A stretch of DNA of 64,000 nucleotides from Lytechinus pictus (taxonomy: Eukaryota): assembly GCF_037042905.1 (NCBI RefSeq), contig NC_087251.1, positions 10,542,001-10,606,000 on the forward strand, in the 5' to 3' direction. The notes beneath the pieces are model-generated. The model saw only the letters and a program-made list of their open reading frames with translations, had not been told where the DNA came from and did not search any database. Both the position numbers and the translations under genes were made by a program. Shown piece after piece: positions 35,650-50,075 of this stretch. The stretch's first letter is position 1. Each line of letters starts with the position of its first letter.

Positions 35650-37790
35650 TCAAAGTCAAGTCGACCCCAGAAAAATGTTGCTTTGAATCAAACAAGAATA
35701 ACACTGAAAATTTCATCAAAATAATGACCAATGGATATGACATGAGAAAGTTTATGAATTTTTTTCAGAATTAATTTTTTTTCTTCACAAAATAGTTACA
35801 TGTATTGTTCAACTCATTGGCATGCAAATGAGAGAGACAGTGATGTCCTCCACTCAATATTTCTTTTTTTTCTATTGTTTGAATGTATGATATTTATTTT
35901 TTTTACAGATTTGACAATAATTACCAAATTGACTGAACTGCTTAATGTTAAAACAATTCTATTTTCTCATGTTCAGGGGAAATGAAACTTTGTTTCACAT
36001 GGCAATGAGGAGACAATTTAAATATTTCATAATTCATAAAATGAAATACGAAAGAAATAGTGAGTGGATGATGTCATCAGTCCCCTCATTTGAATGCTGA
36101 CCAGGATATGTAACCTAATGTTATAACCCGCAAGTGAAAACCCGAACCGTACCGTCCCGTATAATCCAATAATTTGCAAGCGGGACCCGCTGACCCGCCG
36201 GGTTTCAACCCGCAAGTCAATTTATCTTTGAAAAATGAAAATATTATTTCTGCAATCCCCACACTATACAGGCTCAAATAAGGAAAATATATGCCAACTA
36301 CTAACCTAGCCTAGAGTGAATTTACTTACAATTTGCAAATTCGCCTTTTATTCCGGAGAGAAAATGTTTTTTGGGGTGACTTTGTACCACGAAATGGGTC
36401 TGCTCTGATCTCGAAATTGAAAGCATTACGCAGTTAACTCCTCTGATTGGAGCCACAGCTCAGCGCGCGTAGCTAGCCCAGGCTGCCCAGCAAAGATCGG
36501 CAATGTTGTTTTTCAGTCCAGGTCGGTTGACACGGCGACTCACAACAATCATAATTACAATATTCAATTCTATGGGACCTCGTCTATAAAGTAATCAAAA
36601 TTGAAATAAATACCAGGATAATGATACAGTCAATTTTTTCTTGTATATCTCCATATTATTTCCTTCTGTTTTTGTATTTCTTCCAATTTTTTGTTAACTA
36701 ATACAAACGTGTATGAGGGCGCCCATGAACTTACGTAAACAGCCCGTGTTACTAGCTAGCTTAGCTAGCTAGGCTTTTATTTATTTTTTATCTCTCTCAA
36801 TCGATTGGTCAAGAGAGAGGTATTTGCAAGAAACTTGCAATCCATTGCAATCCAATTTTACATCTTCAGAAATCTTAAAGACTTTCAATCAATTGTACAT
36901 CGGAAAAATTAAGAGATCTGGGCATTCAGGGTGCGGGGGCTTCAGTTTTCATCAGAAAATGTATGAAATAACGAAAAGGAGGGTTAGTTAGCCACTATAG
37001 ACCAGCTTAGCATGTCTTCAAAAAAGGGCAGCTAACACTCTGACCTGACGGCACGCTCTATCAGGTCATGACCTAATTTGGTAATCCAATCAGCAAACAA
37101 CTGTCTCACTGCTGTGCACTGCAAATCCCTCGAGCTCAAACAGCGAGCATTGCCGTGGAAACAGGCTCGACTCGCCCCACTCCAAGTCATAAAACGTTTC
37201 TTTCTCTGCCACGTGGCCCAACACTCGCTCCTTGCCAGACATGATTACGCAATGTATTCTGGCTTCTGTTTACATTCTCCGAACACATCCCCTCCCCTCT
37301 CTCTCTATCTCTCTCTCCCCCTCTCCCAGTCGTAAAACATTCCTTTCTCTGACCATGGACCTATTACGAAATAGGTCCATGCTCTGACTGCGCATCACTG
37401 GCGCTCCTTTGAAAGAGCAACTCGATGTATTATGTCGAACTGTCTCAGTCCTGTTCACTGTTCACAAGACAAAAATACGCCGGCATTTTTTAAAAGGAAA
37501 TATCTAAGTCTCTGAAAGAATCCGCCACGTAAGAAGCACATGATCCTAACTCAATTTTCATTGTTAATGTTTTTATTTATGCGTCGTTACTTCTCCCTTT
37601 TTTTCGTATGACGGTCTGCGGGTTTGAGAATGAACTCGGCATACCGGCAGGTTAACCCGTACCGCAACGGGTGCGGGTTACAACATTATTGTAACCAGTT
37701 GTTTAGTGAAATTAAGTGAAACTTTAAAATGTCCCAAGTTTCTTATTTTACATCCGATTTTGGTGAAATTTTCACTGTTATGTCCTTTAA
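35650..37790. mobile_element. Diverged copy of the 5685-6289 Kolobok-like MITE, split by a nested insertion
   Basis: AAGTCAAGTCGACCCCAGAAAAATGTTG...; homology resumes after 37696 and ends ...GTCCTTTAA. Confidence 0.7.
36116..37688. mobile_element. hAT-like non-autonomous element
   Basis: ATGTAACC|TAATGTTATAACCCGCA ... TGCGGGTTACAACATTA|TTGTAACC (8-bp TSD, 7 of 8); subterminal ACCCG/CGGGT repeats. Confidence 0.82.
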
Positions 37791-40700
37791 TCATACCGGC
37801 AAAGAAGATAAACTCTATCATGAAAAAAAAAAAAAACTGAAAAGATAGCTTCTGAAACTGGGCATGCTGTTAGAACATGGATCTACATGTATAATCAACC
37901 CCTGAAAAGTTTCATACCTCTACTTCATATACATGTACTTCAACATCAACATATAATTTGCATGTTTTTCTAAATTTTGTTGCTATGTACATGTATGATA
38001 CACGTACACAAGTCAATGGGAAAATCATTGTTTTGTATTGCATGCACCAATATTCTTTTACATTTAAATGTCCTTTGTTTTCAAGTTGTATGGGATGTAC
38101 AATGTACATACTGTACAGTACATGTATCTGCCCATTTTTGTTCTGTTTGGATGAAATTTGGCACATTTTACCGTAGAACATGATTTAACATCATGATATT
38201 TGGCTGAATATTGAGTCCAAAATGACACTTTTTACAACTGTGATATATTGAAAGCAGAAACAAATATTCTAAATTGCTCAATAAAATTGAGGCAAAAAAT
38301 TGCCTTAACTTTTTCAAGTACCGTATTTATAAGTTTGGCAGTTATAAGTAAAATTTACTTATTTTCTTTGCATCCATTTTACTCAAGTAAATCAAGTTAC
38401 AACAACTTAATCCAATTCAGTAAAACAATCTTTGAAAAAAAAAGAGAAAAAAATGGGGGACTTGACTTTGATGATTCGAAAGTCCGCCCCCCCCCCATCG
38501 TCGGACGTCCTATGTTCAGTGGCATCATTTTCATCTTAGACATCTTTTATCCAAATATTAGACTTAATGCATTGTTACTTGTACCTGTACATGATAGGTA
38601 CTGACATACATGTACATGTATGTGACCGGTTCATCCTAACAAATAAAACAGTGAGAGTAATATTAACACTTTCCAAAACCTAAAAAGAAATCTGACATTT
38701 TCTGGTAGTGACTGTTTAATGTTGCTCTTTCTTTGATTCAACAAAAGAATAAAATATTTTGCACACCCTAATCCAAAACAATTTCAAACACAAATAGATA
38801 TATGACAGTGATTTAAAAGGTTTAATATTTACTTGCTCTTAATGAATATTCAGGTATTAAAGGCGTTAATTGAAAAATATAAATACATTCAACATGATTT
38901 TAATAATCATTATGTAAATTGCCTAATGGGATTTATATTTACTTAATTGAAGCAAGCTAGCAATACATGAATTTTCGTAAATGTATATTGAACCCAAATA
39001 AATAAAGTAAATTGAAAGATTCATGAGTTAAATCTGAAAAAAAATCTAGAAATAGTTACAAATAGTAAATTCTACTTATATATAATTAAGTGTTAAATAC
39101 TTATTCAGAGAATTTTTTTCACAGTGCAGAGTATTCACTGTGATGACTGACAAAAACCATTTCTAAGGACTGTTGGGCAGGTTCATTATTTGATGGATAG
39201 GCAAAGAACAACCAAGAACAATAAATATGAAAATACCTACATGTATTACTCACATTAAAAAATTAATGTTAATCTGATAAACAGATGAATAATATTAACA
39301 AAAAATATTACTTATGAAACTTATAATAGGTTCAATGAATATCAAAATAGAAAAAAAGCATTCAAATGAAATTGGTTTTGGACTCCATCATCTAATTTTG
39401 GAAGACTCGGATCAAACAATCTTGGGGACTTTGATGATGCCATTTGCGATTTGTATAGTATGTGTGGCATGTGGCGAGCTAGTGAGACAGAACTTGGTAG
39501 ACTATACACATGTTCTCGCAAAATTAATCAACACTTTCAAAAGATGTAACTTTATACAGAAAAGCATTCATGTACATTATTTTGACACACTTTACTTTTG
39601 ACAAAATAAGTGACAATATCAACTGAAATTCCTAACATCTGAATTACATTGCTCAACCCAGTAACCCATGGTACCCCTCTCTCCTCACTTTATTTTTGAG
39701 CGTATTTACCACCATTTTAAATACCTAAATAATGTGAGCAATGAGATACGCAATGCAAGGTAAACATATTTGCGCCGCCGACAAAAGAGAGAGAGAAAGA
39801 GAGCTTTGGCTCGATAGATAATGTCCATTGCTCGTATAGCGTAGACTTTGCTCTGCCCGAATCGTTAAAGAGAAGAGCTGAGTGAGTGAAAGAAATCGTG
39901 GACGAAGTAATTGACAAGTTTATTCTAGGATCTGAAAGCAAATTTTTTTTTTTTTTATTATTCAGGTTTTGGTGTAGGCCTGGTTTACTGTTTTGGGGGA
40001 AGTTCATGGTTGGTGGCTTTGCCCTGAAATTTTTCAGGGTAGTTGGCACCCGCCCAACGTGACACGTGGTAGTGAGAACGTTAATTTGCATACATTTTAA
40101 TGTCCTGTCATTTAATACATGATCTTCAATCTTCAAAATTAGGCTTGCTTTTGCATGATTCCACAATTTCTTTTTTATTAAGAAAATACTGTAATATGAA
40201 ATAACAAAAGTTTACTTTTGTTCATGAAACCCATGTATTTGACCATGGCCAGCTACTCAGCTAGAAGTTGCCGATAAATGGTGCAGTACAAACTTGGAGC
40301 ATGGGATAAAAAGAAAGTTGCTTGATCCCTCTCCTCCATAACAACTCCCTGATCAAAGTGGGTCAGGAAATTCAAAATGTAAAAATGACTTTGCTTAGAT
40401 TACTGCAAAAGCGGAAGTTTACCCTGATAATATACAAAAAATTTGTTTTATTAAAAGAAAAAAAATTGTGAAGTTTTGACGAAACTCAAAGAATTTTTAA
40501 TTTATTACATCATACATGCAAACAGTACCTCCGTATCATGTAGTATAAATTCCATTAAAATTATTCAGTCGAACATGATATTTGAAATATTTTTCTTATA
40601 GGAGGGGTTTGATGTGATGTGTCTGATTGTATCCCCTGCACAAATAAAATCATCAAATACTTTAAAAATTTGTATTTTGGGAATTTATATATTATATCAC

Positions 40701-41110
40701 AACAAATTATAGAATTGCTCGTCTGTGGCATCACAAATTCAAAACTTAACAAATTATTATGGATATTCTTTGACAGAATTTCATCAAACTTTCACCGATA
40801 TTTTTTATTTTTGTGCTTTAATTTAAACCAAAGTATTGTCATGGTGAACTTCCCCTTTCATATTATCGACCCTTTTATCATTGAAGCTTCAGATGGGCTT
40901 TAAGGGGCAATGAGCTGTAAGTAATTATTAGCTTACAGGAGCTAAGGTAAATTCCTTGTGTGATATATGAATACTCTAGGACATTTGTATGTTTGTTGTA
41001 TGTTTTTATTATTGTAGTGACTACATTAACAATCTTACATGTACATGTAAGATCAGTCCATTTTTTTCTGATGTGTCAACTAATACATACACGTATGCTA
41101 GTATGCTACT

Positions 41111-43411
41111 GGGCATTTTCACGGTAACTGACATTACACGGCACAATGTTTTCACACCTTTCATTGTGTGTATCTCTAAAACAACAAATGATGGGAGTTT
41201 GCTTTTGATAGAGTTAATAAAGTGAACCTTGCTGTATACTCTGATACTAAGTTTTCCTATGTAACCACATTTTTTTACGCATCAGCAAGCAAAAATGTGT
41301 CGATAACTGACATTACGCAAAAGGACATGCAATTTCAGGGTGTTCATTAAAATTGAAATATCTCATGTCCCTGAGTAGATAGAGTAATAATTTGAATATG
41401 TAAATATACCTCCGTTACTAGGTTAAGATGTGTCAAAATATTAAAAAATTTGTTTTTGTCTTTTGGGAACTATGATAATTTTTCCACAACCATGCTGGTA
41501 ACTGACATTACGGTAACTGACATTACACTTAATTTGCCATAGAGATAACACATGGAAGTCAAATGTGTGGAATCATTGCATTGTATCTTCTGTGCAGGGC
41601 TTCACATGAAAGTGAGCTTGATGTGGAAGTATACCCAAGTTTTTAGGAACATTTCAATGAAAAACTTTTTTCTTTTTCTTAATTCCTTTCTTTGATTTGA
41701 ACATTTTTTTCATTACTTGTCGGTAACTGACAATACACATTAACATTTGATGATTTTCAAAGGCATACTTTTCTTGGTACTTATATGTAAGGCTTTTCAA
41801 AATCATAAAAGTTTCATAATACTTCACATTTTTAATTATCAAAAGATAAGAAATGTATGTTTTACTTACTCGGGGGGGGGGGGGGGTCATAGCAGCTACA
41901 TGTTTTCCTATAGTAATTTAATATTGCATTGACTGTACACATGGATTTTTCTGACTATACACCCATAATATATTCATCAGTTTTATATTGACTTTTTAAA
42001 CCTTTTCCTTCTCCAACCTCCCCCTCCCCTCAAAAAAGGCAAAAATGAATAAGGGTCTCCTCCCCTAGGCTACATGTACCCCTCCCCCGAATCTCATGCA
42101 GCCATGTAGTTTTATTGAGTTCTATTCTGGTCAGTGCAAGCAATGCTTGTTCATATCTGTCGGATTTCAATTCTCTTCATAATTTGTTTAATCATTTTAT
42201 TTGCTAATTTCTTTTATAAGCTGTCAACAAAAAATAAACTCCAGCTTCTAAACTGAAACTGCACTATTTGTAAATTAGAAAAAAACGTCAGTTTTAGTAG
42301 ATCCATGCAACATTGATCAGAACTGTCAAATTTAACTTTTCATCTATACTTGTAAACCAAAAACAAAATTGTATCACACATCCACACTACTAACAGGTAT
42401 AAAAACCAGGAATTTACTTTTAGCGAGGCAATGCTCAAAAGAATCCTAGAAACTAAAAAAGGGACCCTGGAAATCCCCTTCATCACAATGTTAAGCTTTA
42501 AAAATGTTGCAGATTTAGGCAATAGGTTGGGAAAAGTACCCCCTACCCCCCCCCAAAAAAAAAAACCAAACAAAAAATTGTCTGATACAAACAATTAGGT
42601 ACTTGGTAAGTGCATGTACAAAACAATTTCATAGTAATTTTTTTTTGCACGATGGGAATGTAACTTCCTTCATAATTTCATATAGTATTCCTTGTGAACT
42701 ATACCTTTTAAAAGTCAATAGCAAGCTCCTTCTGGTGTGACTTGACTTAAATAACAAGTATACAATATTTCTTCACCGTAAAATTGACCACATATTTGCA
42801 TTTCAATATTGGTAACCAACGTTTTATCATGGTGACTGACATTACATCTCGGTAACTGACATTACATTTTCCACTTGGTAACTGACATTACATATATTTA
42901 ATGGTACCCTATGGCTTCATTGTTAATTGGTAATCTTTAATTTTGGTGTAGAAGGGAGGGGTGTTACCTAGAGAGGAAATCTACCAAGTATCATATAATA
43001 TATCCTCTTTTCCAGGAAATGAGAAAAAAAAGTTCATGTTTTCGGTAACTGACATTACATACCATATCACATACTTCATCACTGTTTTTTTATCAGATGA
43101 ATGAATTACTGGTGTTTCTTTCTGTGGGATTTTAAAAAGTGTTATTATAGCAAGCTAAATCACAGGCGAAAACATCATGATCAAACCTGTTCTTTAAAAA
43201 TCTGTCAAAACAAAATATGTATCAATATACTATTTTCAACACTAATTTGTATCCATACTTTGGCAGCCATTTTGAAATAAAAATGGCTGCCAGAGTCGGA
43301 AAAAAAATGTTGTCTCAGAAACTTCAGGTCTTGTTTTATTAAAAAACATGAAGCATTTTACATGAATATCAACTTGATTTTTTTGCCTCTGTGTCCATCT
43401 GTGGTGAAATG
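41111..43411. mobile_element. Sola-like non-autonomous element with repeated GGTAACTGACATTAC motif
   Basis: Starts GGGCATTTTCA; about 9 copies of the 15-mer between 41123 and 43058; right end uncertain. Confidence 0.5.
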
Positions 43412-44280
43412 TACTGTAGTTATTGAAAGACATCATTATGTTTTTAAATCTGTAATCTTGAAAATACTGAAAGTGCATCTTTTATTTTTTTTAAGAGAAA
43501 AAGTACATGAGTCTACATGTAAGTACTCTGCTCTCTGCATTTGCTTGCTATCCAAGTGAGATGTGAACTTACTCTTTGTTCTGTTCAACAGGATACCCAT
43601 TCAATGAGTTAGTTTTCCATTGGGCCCTAAAAATACATCACAAATAAATAATTCAAAATGTGCCATCTTTAAAAGAGAGCTAAATCCTGACTGTACATTG
43701 TATGCCAGTTGATAAAAGCATCAAAATTAGAGAGAAGAGGGAAAATAATATAACTACATGTACAGTACATACATGTACACGTCCTACATACATGAAGAAA
43801 GAAAAGTTTTTGACTACCCTAGATGTTATCGTTGGTATTATTTAGTGGTTTATGATATTAAACTGAACTACATGTATATTTATAAGTGTGCATACAAATA
43901 AAATAATGCATACATGTACATGTAGATCTGATGATTCATTAGATGCTGCATGCACATATAATAAAATACATTTTAGTCTGGGAAATGTCATCCTACATGT
44001 ACAGTATGCAATGGGCTATGGAATAACATAAATATGTGGGTGTTGCTTGCAATGTGAGTCACAGTATCAAAACTGACAAGATCTTACATTCTTTGGTGAA
44101 TTTTCATCAAGCCTACATGTATATAAATATTTTTCTCTCTTTTTATAAATGAATTTATTAAAAACTAGCCTGAACTCAGGTTTGACTTCCCTTTGAAAAA
44201 TTCATTTGTGATTGCATTTTACATACATGTACAGTACATGCATCTGCTTTTAAACAGACGTTGGTTCCATTTCAAAATAT

Positions 44281-44294
44281 GTTGTCATGGTAAC
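44281..44294. promoter_or_regulatory. Intronic RFX X-box in TOGARAM1 intron 1
   Basis: GTTGTCATGGTAAC, a near-perfect palindromic X-box. Confidence 0.55.
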
Positions 44295-47208
44295 TTGTGT
44301 TGATAGTATCCTTGGGAGTCTATTGCAGTGATCAAGAAAATTGCTTTCTATCATAGAAGGGACAACAGAGGTTGAGATTTATCATCTTGGCCTTTGTGTT
44401 TGACTGCTCAAATCTGCTTTCCATTTGGAAAGTCATGTCGGGCTCGCAGGCATTCCAACTTTACAGTCTTTTCCCATTTTAATTAGAGGCATGGAGTCTG
44501 CTTGAATGTAACTAGAGTAGACAGTCGAGTATTTCATGCATCCTTCAAAGTCTTTTTATTTCTAGGCTGCTTGTTGACTGGTAATTCACGGACAGTGCTC
44601 CAAATCTTGCCGAAAGCCGAAAAGCCATTTTGCTGTTTGCCGGATTTATTTACATGATCATATGTAATAGATAGTTTCTTGGCTGCTATATACTGAGATG
44701 AACATGTATCAGCCTTCTTCTGCGAATGCCTGCTCTCTTGTCATGATTTGATGTTTTTCCTCCATTGCATAAGAACTGAACAAGAAAGCACTCAACCAGA
44801 AGGGTCAAATTTCTTCATTACATGTAGTTGAGAAAAAAAAAAATTCTGAAACAATTTTATTCATACAGTACATGTATTATGTAGGCTGTAGTTAATGCAG
44901 TTTTCAGTATGGAAATATGAAATAGGCCTATTTAGGGATGTAACTTTTTGTGCTTTAATTTGATTTGTAAATATACAAGTAGCTACATGTGCATTACATG
45001 CATACTGTAATGTAGGTACATTAATTTATTGAATTATAACAAAATCAAATACCACCCATCTACGTGTAATATGAATGTACTCTGTACAGTGTAATTCAAA
45101 CATGATCTTTATACATGTGCATATGAAAGTAAATATACTTAATTAATTTGAAGATAGTGATAAATAAAATTACTCTGTAAATACATGTATCTCCTGTCCT
45201 AAATTCTCAGAATCCACAGTGGCAATGTTACTTTCATTTTTTGATACACAGTCACAAACAACTATACTCTTGTTGATATTGATAATGAATAGTTCTTTAT
45301 ACATGTAGAGCTTTTATTATCTAATAGGCATTTATTCAACCACTTTGTAGAGCTGATGTGGTATTATCTCTCAGCGTTTATCAAGGACATTTTCACAGCC
45401 TACGATGAAAGCATGAAACAGAGATGCGTAGGTAGAGGGTGTATAAAAACCCACTTTGCTAGAGACAGTCAGCACATTATGAATATTTAATGAGAATTGA
45501 TTACTTTCTGCTTTTCCTTCCTGTCCCTCTATTATCCTCTGTTCTTTGTGCATCATTGGTTCCTTGATGAATGAAGGAGTTGCTACTTGTATACCAGCCC
45601 CAATGCCTTGTTTGGGTCGATGGTGGTGGGAGAGGAGGTTTATACCAGCAGTCAAATGGGTACTTGAGTTATTCCATACAATGTGTACCAAGCCAAGAAA
45701 TTATCGGGGGGTAGGGATTTTTCTTTACAGATTTTCAATAATACATGTTGCCCAATGTAGACATTTTTTTTCACTTTTTGACCTGAAACACATTCACATT
45801 GGGTCTTTAGAGCATTTAAATGTACATGTACATGCACATTCAGAATATTTTTTTTTTTTTTTTTGGGGGGGTAAACAGTAATTGCATGTACATTTACATA
45901 CAATGTTACATCATTGTGTAATGTTTACAAATAAGTAATGACTCAATGTTATGAATGATTGAAGTACATTTATTTCCAACGATAGAAGCATCAATACATT
46001 TTAAGAACTTGAACAAAACAATGGAGGTACATGTAGCAACTCAGAAAGCACAGCTTGTGATGAGTGCACCGTGACATACACAATAAATGCATAGTACATG
46101 AAAAAACTTATATAAATAGAGTACGATACAAAACAAGGGGAAAACAAATGGGGTAAAAAAAAACAGGTCAACTTTATATAAAATACCAGTATATATTTTT
46201 TATTTTTTTTATATATATATAATTTAGGGACCAGACGTAAGTATTTTTCTTAAGTTTTGTCTTAAAGTTATTATTATTTAAAGTTATTATTATTGTGTAC
46301 TTTAATTATTCAAAGCAATCATGATATTAAAATTCAAATAGCAGAACTTCTGTTGATAGAGAGGAAGAAAATATCCTAAATGTTTACATCCTACAGGGGG
46401 TAACATGGCCCTACAATGTACATGTACATGTACTCAGGTTTCAGGTCCATGCTGAATGGTGTAAGTCTTTTAAGTCATCTTGAACCAATGTGAGATTTTT
46501 AAATAGTCTACATAATTTGAAAAAATTTCTCATGCCTCCACAGTCTTACACATCAAGCAATTCTGAAGTCCACTGAATGTACTTCACCTCGTTTCTGAAA
46601 ATTTAATTGAACTGAGCTTGAAAGTCATGCAGTTATTTGTTGAAGTACATTTGTGTAAACATGGAACATAAGTTTGTGACAGCGTAACTAAGGATCCTTA
46701 TTACCCTCATGATCGCTCCACTATAGGCGTTATAAAGTCAATAATCAGTATCAACAACTGTTGGACATGTAGCAGACATTTTTCTGAACTGGGCTTTCTA
46801 TTTGTACTCTTCTCTTTTATGTACATGAGGATTACCTGACCATACAGTTAGTCCTTACATTGGCTAAGAATAAGTTCCTGGACAACAGTAAACAAAGCAT
46901 AACCCTTGCTACTGCATTCTCTAGAGATTGTACAAACAAATTTATAGATCATTACATTGTATTGTAAAATGTACATTTGTACCCACTCTCTGCCACAGGA
47001 TCTACAAGTTTGGCAACTGTGAAGTGGTCTTCTCTGCTTCTGTACACCAAGTAAATATGTGTAAAGCTGCTCTAAGTGAAACTAAACACTGTAAATGTCA
47101 CCTACATGTACATAGACTTTCTACAAGGGGATTTTCTTTAATATTACAAAGCAAATGCATGTACTGCTCGTGAATGTTTATTGGGTGAAGTACATTGTAC
47201 ATGTATAT

Positions 47209-49775
47209 GGGCAATTCCATGGAAAATGTTCACTTTAGAGAAAAAATGAAGTTTCAGATTTCACTTAAGCAGTTAAATTTTCTTAAAAAGTAATCTATAA
47301 AGTTTCATTTTCCAATAGAAAAATTGCAATATTGAAAAAATTTTGTATTTTTTTCCATCATCAAAAAAATTGATTAGTAAATTGCAAAATCTAAAAAATG
47401 TGGCTATTTTTAAAAAATTCATCATTTCTGTTTCTACTAAAAGCAAATAAGGTCCCAGAGGTCTCTTTTAACTTTTAAATAGTTGATTAATGTTTACATC
47501 AATAGAAAATCATCGTTAAATTTTATGCCATTCATCAATTTTAAAGACATCGATCTTCAGATTTGTGTGATTTCTTTATCATTTTCAGTGTCATGTCCGT
47601 TACGTTTTTCACTTAAAGTTTTCACAGCTTACAGGAAATTTGTCTGAAGGTACTGCAGATTCAGATTCTATGTTAGAATTAAACCCCCTACCATGTGTAG
47701 CAATCATTTTCCCTTACCACTTCTCATTTTCATAAAAATGGCGTAACGGACATGACAAATCGCGTAACGGACATGACGCCTTATATATGACAAAAGGTAG
47801 CATTCACAAAAACAAAATATTAGGCTCAGTGTCACAGACTGAGGTCAGTCTCAATTGCTTGAGGATAGCTGGATGTAATAACTCCTAGAATCTGCATGTC
47901 ATTCAAGCTATTTTTCGAAGTTGGTGAATGATGAAAGTTCAGCTCTTGTTCTGGTATATTTTTCTGAGAATTAACAATATGCCACATAATATTAGGATAA
48001 GATGCAGCTAGATCTGGCAACATACTCAGATCACAATCTGCATCATTTGTGTTTGAACAATACGATTGATTATCTTACAAATGTAGGTGTTTGCACTGAC
48101 AGTTTGGAGCATGATGAAATTCCAACTTGTGAATTCATGAGATCATTGATGATATTGTTCAAAGTATCTGACTTTCACCAACCTCAACTTCTTCAGTGAT
48201 GGCACGGGCTCACATTTAAAAACAAGTTTGTATTCAGATATCTGTGTTACATGATGTAGCTCTATGAATCCATGAATCTACAGTGGCACTTCTTTGCAAT
48301 ATCACAAAGCAAAGGGGCTGTGGAAGGAATGTGGCGCTATCAATAAATTATGTCATCATAGTATTTTGGTCAGCCATAATCACGATTTGAATGATGTATC
48401 TTCATTTGTACACAAGCAGCACGGACAATGCAACATAATTAGATACAGCCACATTTGTCAGCAAGCAAGATAGTAAGATTTAGAACATCCAAGAATTGAT
48501 GAAAGGATGATTATACTCAGGATGATATTTATTTTGAATGAAAAAATCTCAGAAGCGATTTATATACAAACATTCCAATTACCTTTCAACTCATACATAA
48601 TCGATAATGAAAGACTGGTTTCCAGGTACTGCTATTAAATTTTAAAATACTTTTTAATATCATTTTTTTATCTTAAAACTGACATTAATACTATAGTTCA
48701 TATTCTTTATCATAAAATACATTTCATATGTTCATCTTGGATTTATACAGGTCTGGTACATTTTGTTTTCTTCTCACAAAAAATGAGATTTGGTCTTCTC
48801 AGTGTGCCGTAGCAGTACTATTAAACATTGTATTCTATATAAAATTATCATGTAGGCTTTAGCTATTAAATTAATAATACCTGCCAATAATATCTACATA
48901 TTTTTCTTTAGAATGTTAGTAAAGGTACTTTGCTGTTACATAATTACATTCATTCATTCATATTTCTTTCATTTTGAAACTAAGAAGTGCTGATGAAGTT
49001 CACTTCGTAAGGGTGTCATGTCCGTTACGCTAAGTACATTGTCAAATAGTAAGCCATGAATAAAAGATAATCTTTACTATCAACTTTTTCTCTTTTAGTT
49101 TGGTGTGGCGGTTGGTAGTAACTGGAAAATACTCATTAACTGTTGTTAATTGGTGTAAAATAAATTTTTCTAAATATTTGTTTGTTTTATAAATATTGTA
49201 CAAAAAGCCCCTCTCTCAAATTGCAAAATAATAGGAGATATTACAGATTACCAGTTATGATGTGTGTCTCTAACCTCTAGCCTTAACATGTAAACAATTA
49301 GACTTGTACCATATCTTGTAATAAAATAATTATATTCGCTTACAAAAAGTGGACGAAACTGTCATGTCCGTTACGCTTCGTGTGTCATGTCCGTTACGCT
49401 ACATTTTGAGCTATGAATACAGAATGCACTGCAAAACTGTTGTTAAACACCATTTTATGGATAGAGCATGATCTTAAGGTTAAATTAACACCAACATCAG
49501 GTGCATGCAATCTAAGAATTCACAGGAATTTTGATAAGCAATAGGAGGTAAAAATGCTTCGTCCATTTCGTGTCATGTCCGTTACGCTCATAAAGAGTGC
49601 AATTTCTCCGCAACTGTTCAACGAAGCGATTTGAAATTTCATGTGTATGTAACTGATACTTAAATGTGTCTGATAAGCTCAGTAACAATTATCAAAAGAC
49701 TGCTAATTCTACTGTATTTACCTTTGAATTACAAAAATTTGTCTGAACGTCATGTCCGTTACGCTGGAATTGACC
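47209..49775 (+). mobile_element. Sola-superfamily DNA transposon (probably Sola2), decayed
   Basis: ATAT|GGGCAATTCCA ... TGGAATTGACC|ATAT (4-bp TSD); eight copies of GTCATGTCCGTTACG in both orientations; transposase relic inside. Confidence 0.8.
47948..48345 (+). pseudogene. Degenerate DDD-type transposase core
   Basis: Across stops and frameshifts: VLVYFSEN...DKMQ...WQHTQITI, CTDSLEHD, FFSDGTGSH(F)KNKF, QWHFFAISQSKGAVEG, matching the DFSENY / SDGxxxQFKN / WxFFATSHGKGAVDG pattern. Confidence 0.72.
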
Positions 49776-50075
49776 ATATGGTCATTGTTGATAATTACGA
49801 TTGAATGCTGCTCTTCAGGAACATTCATTGAAAATGTTCCCATTTTTTATTTTACAATCTTAGAAATGTTCATCTAATTCTGAGGTACATGTACATGTGC
49901 ATGCCCAGAAGACATGTCATTGGATAAAAATACTGATACTGTACATGTATAAAAGTACACATAGCAGTACATGTAAATTGTTAAAAGAATAGAATCTAGA
50001 TACATATACAGTGTACATGTAGATATAATATTTTCAGAAGTTCCGTTGGTATACAGACCTATCTTGTAGTCATCG

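Noticed and set aside
39717..40166. 149-aa minus-strand ORF
   Set aside because: Non-ATG start, crosses homopolymer and AG runs, no recognisable domain; likely repeat-derived.
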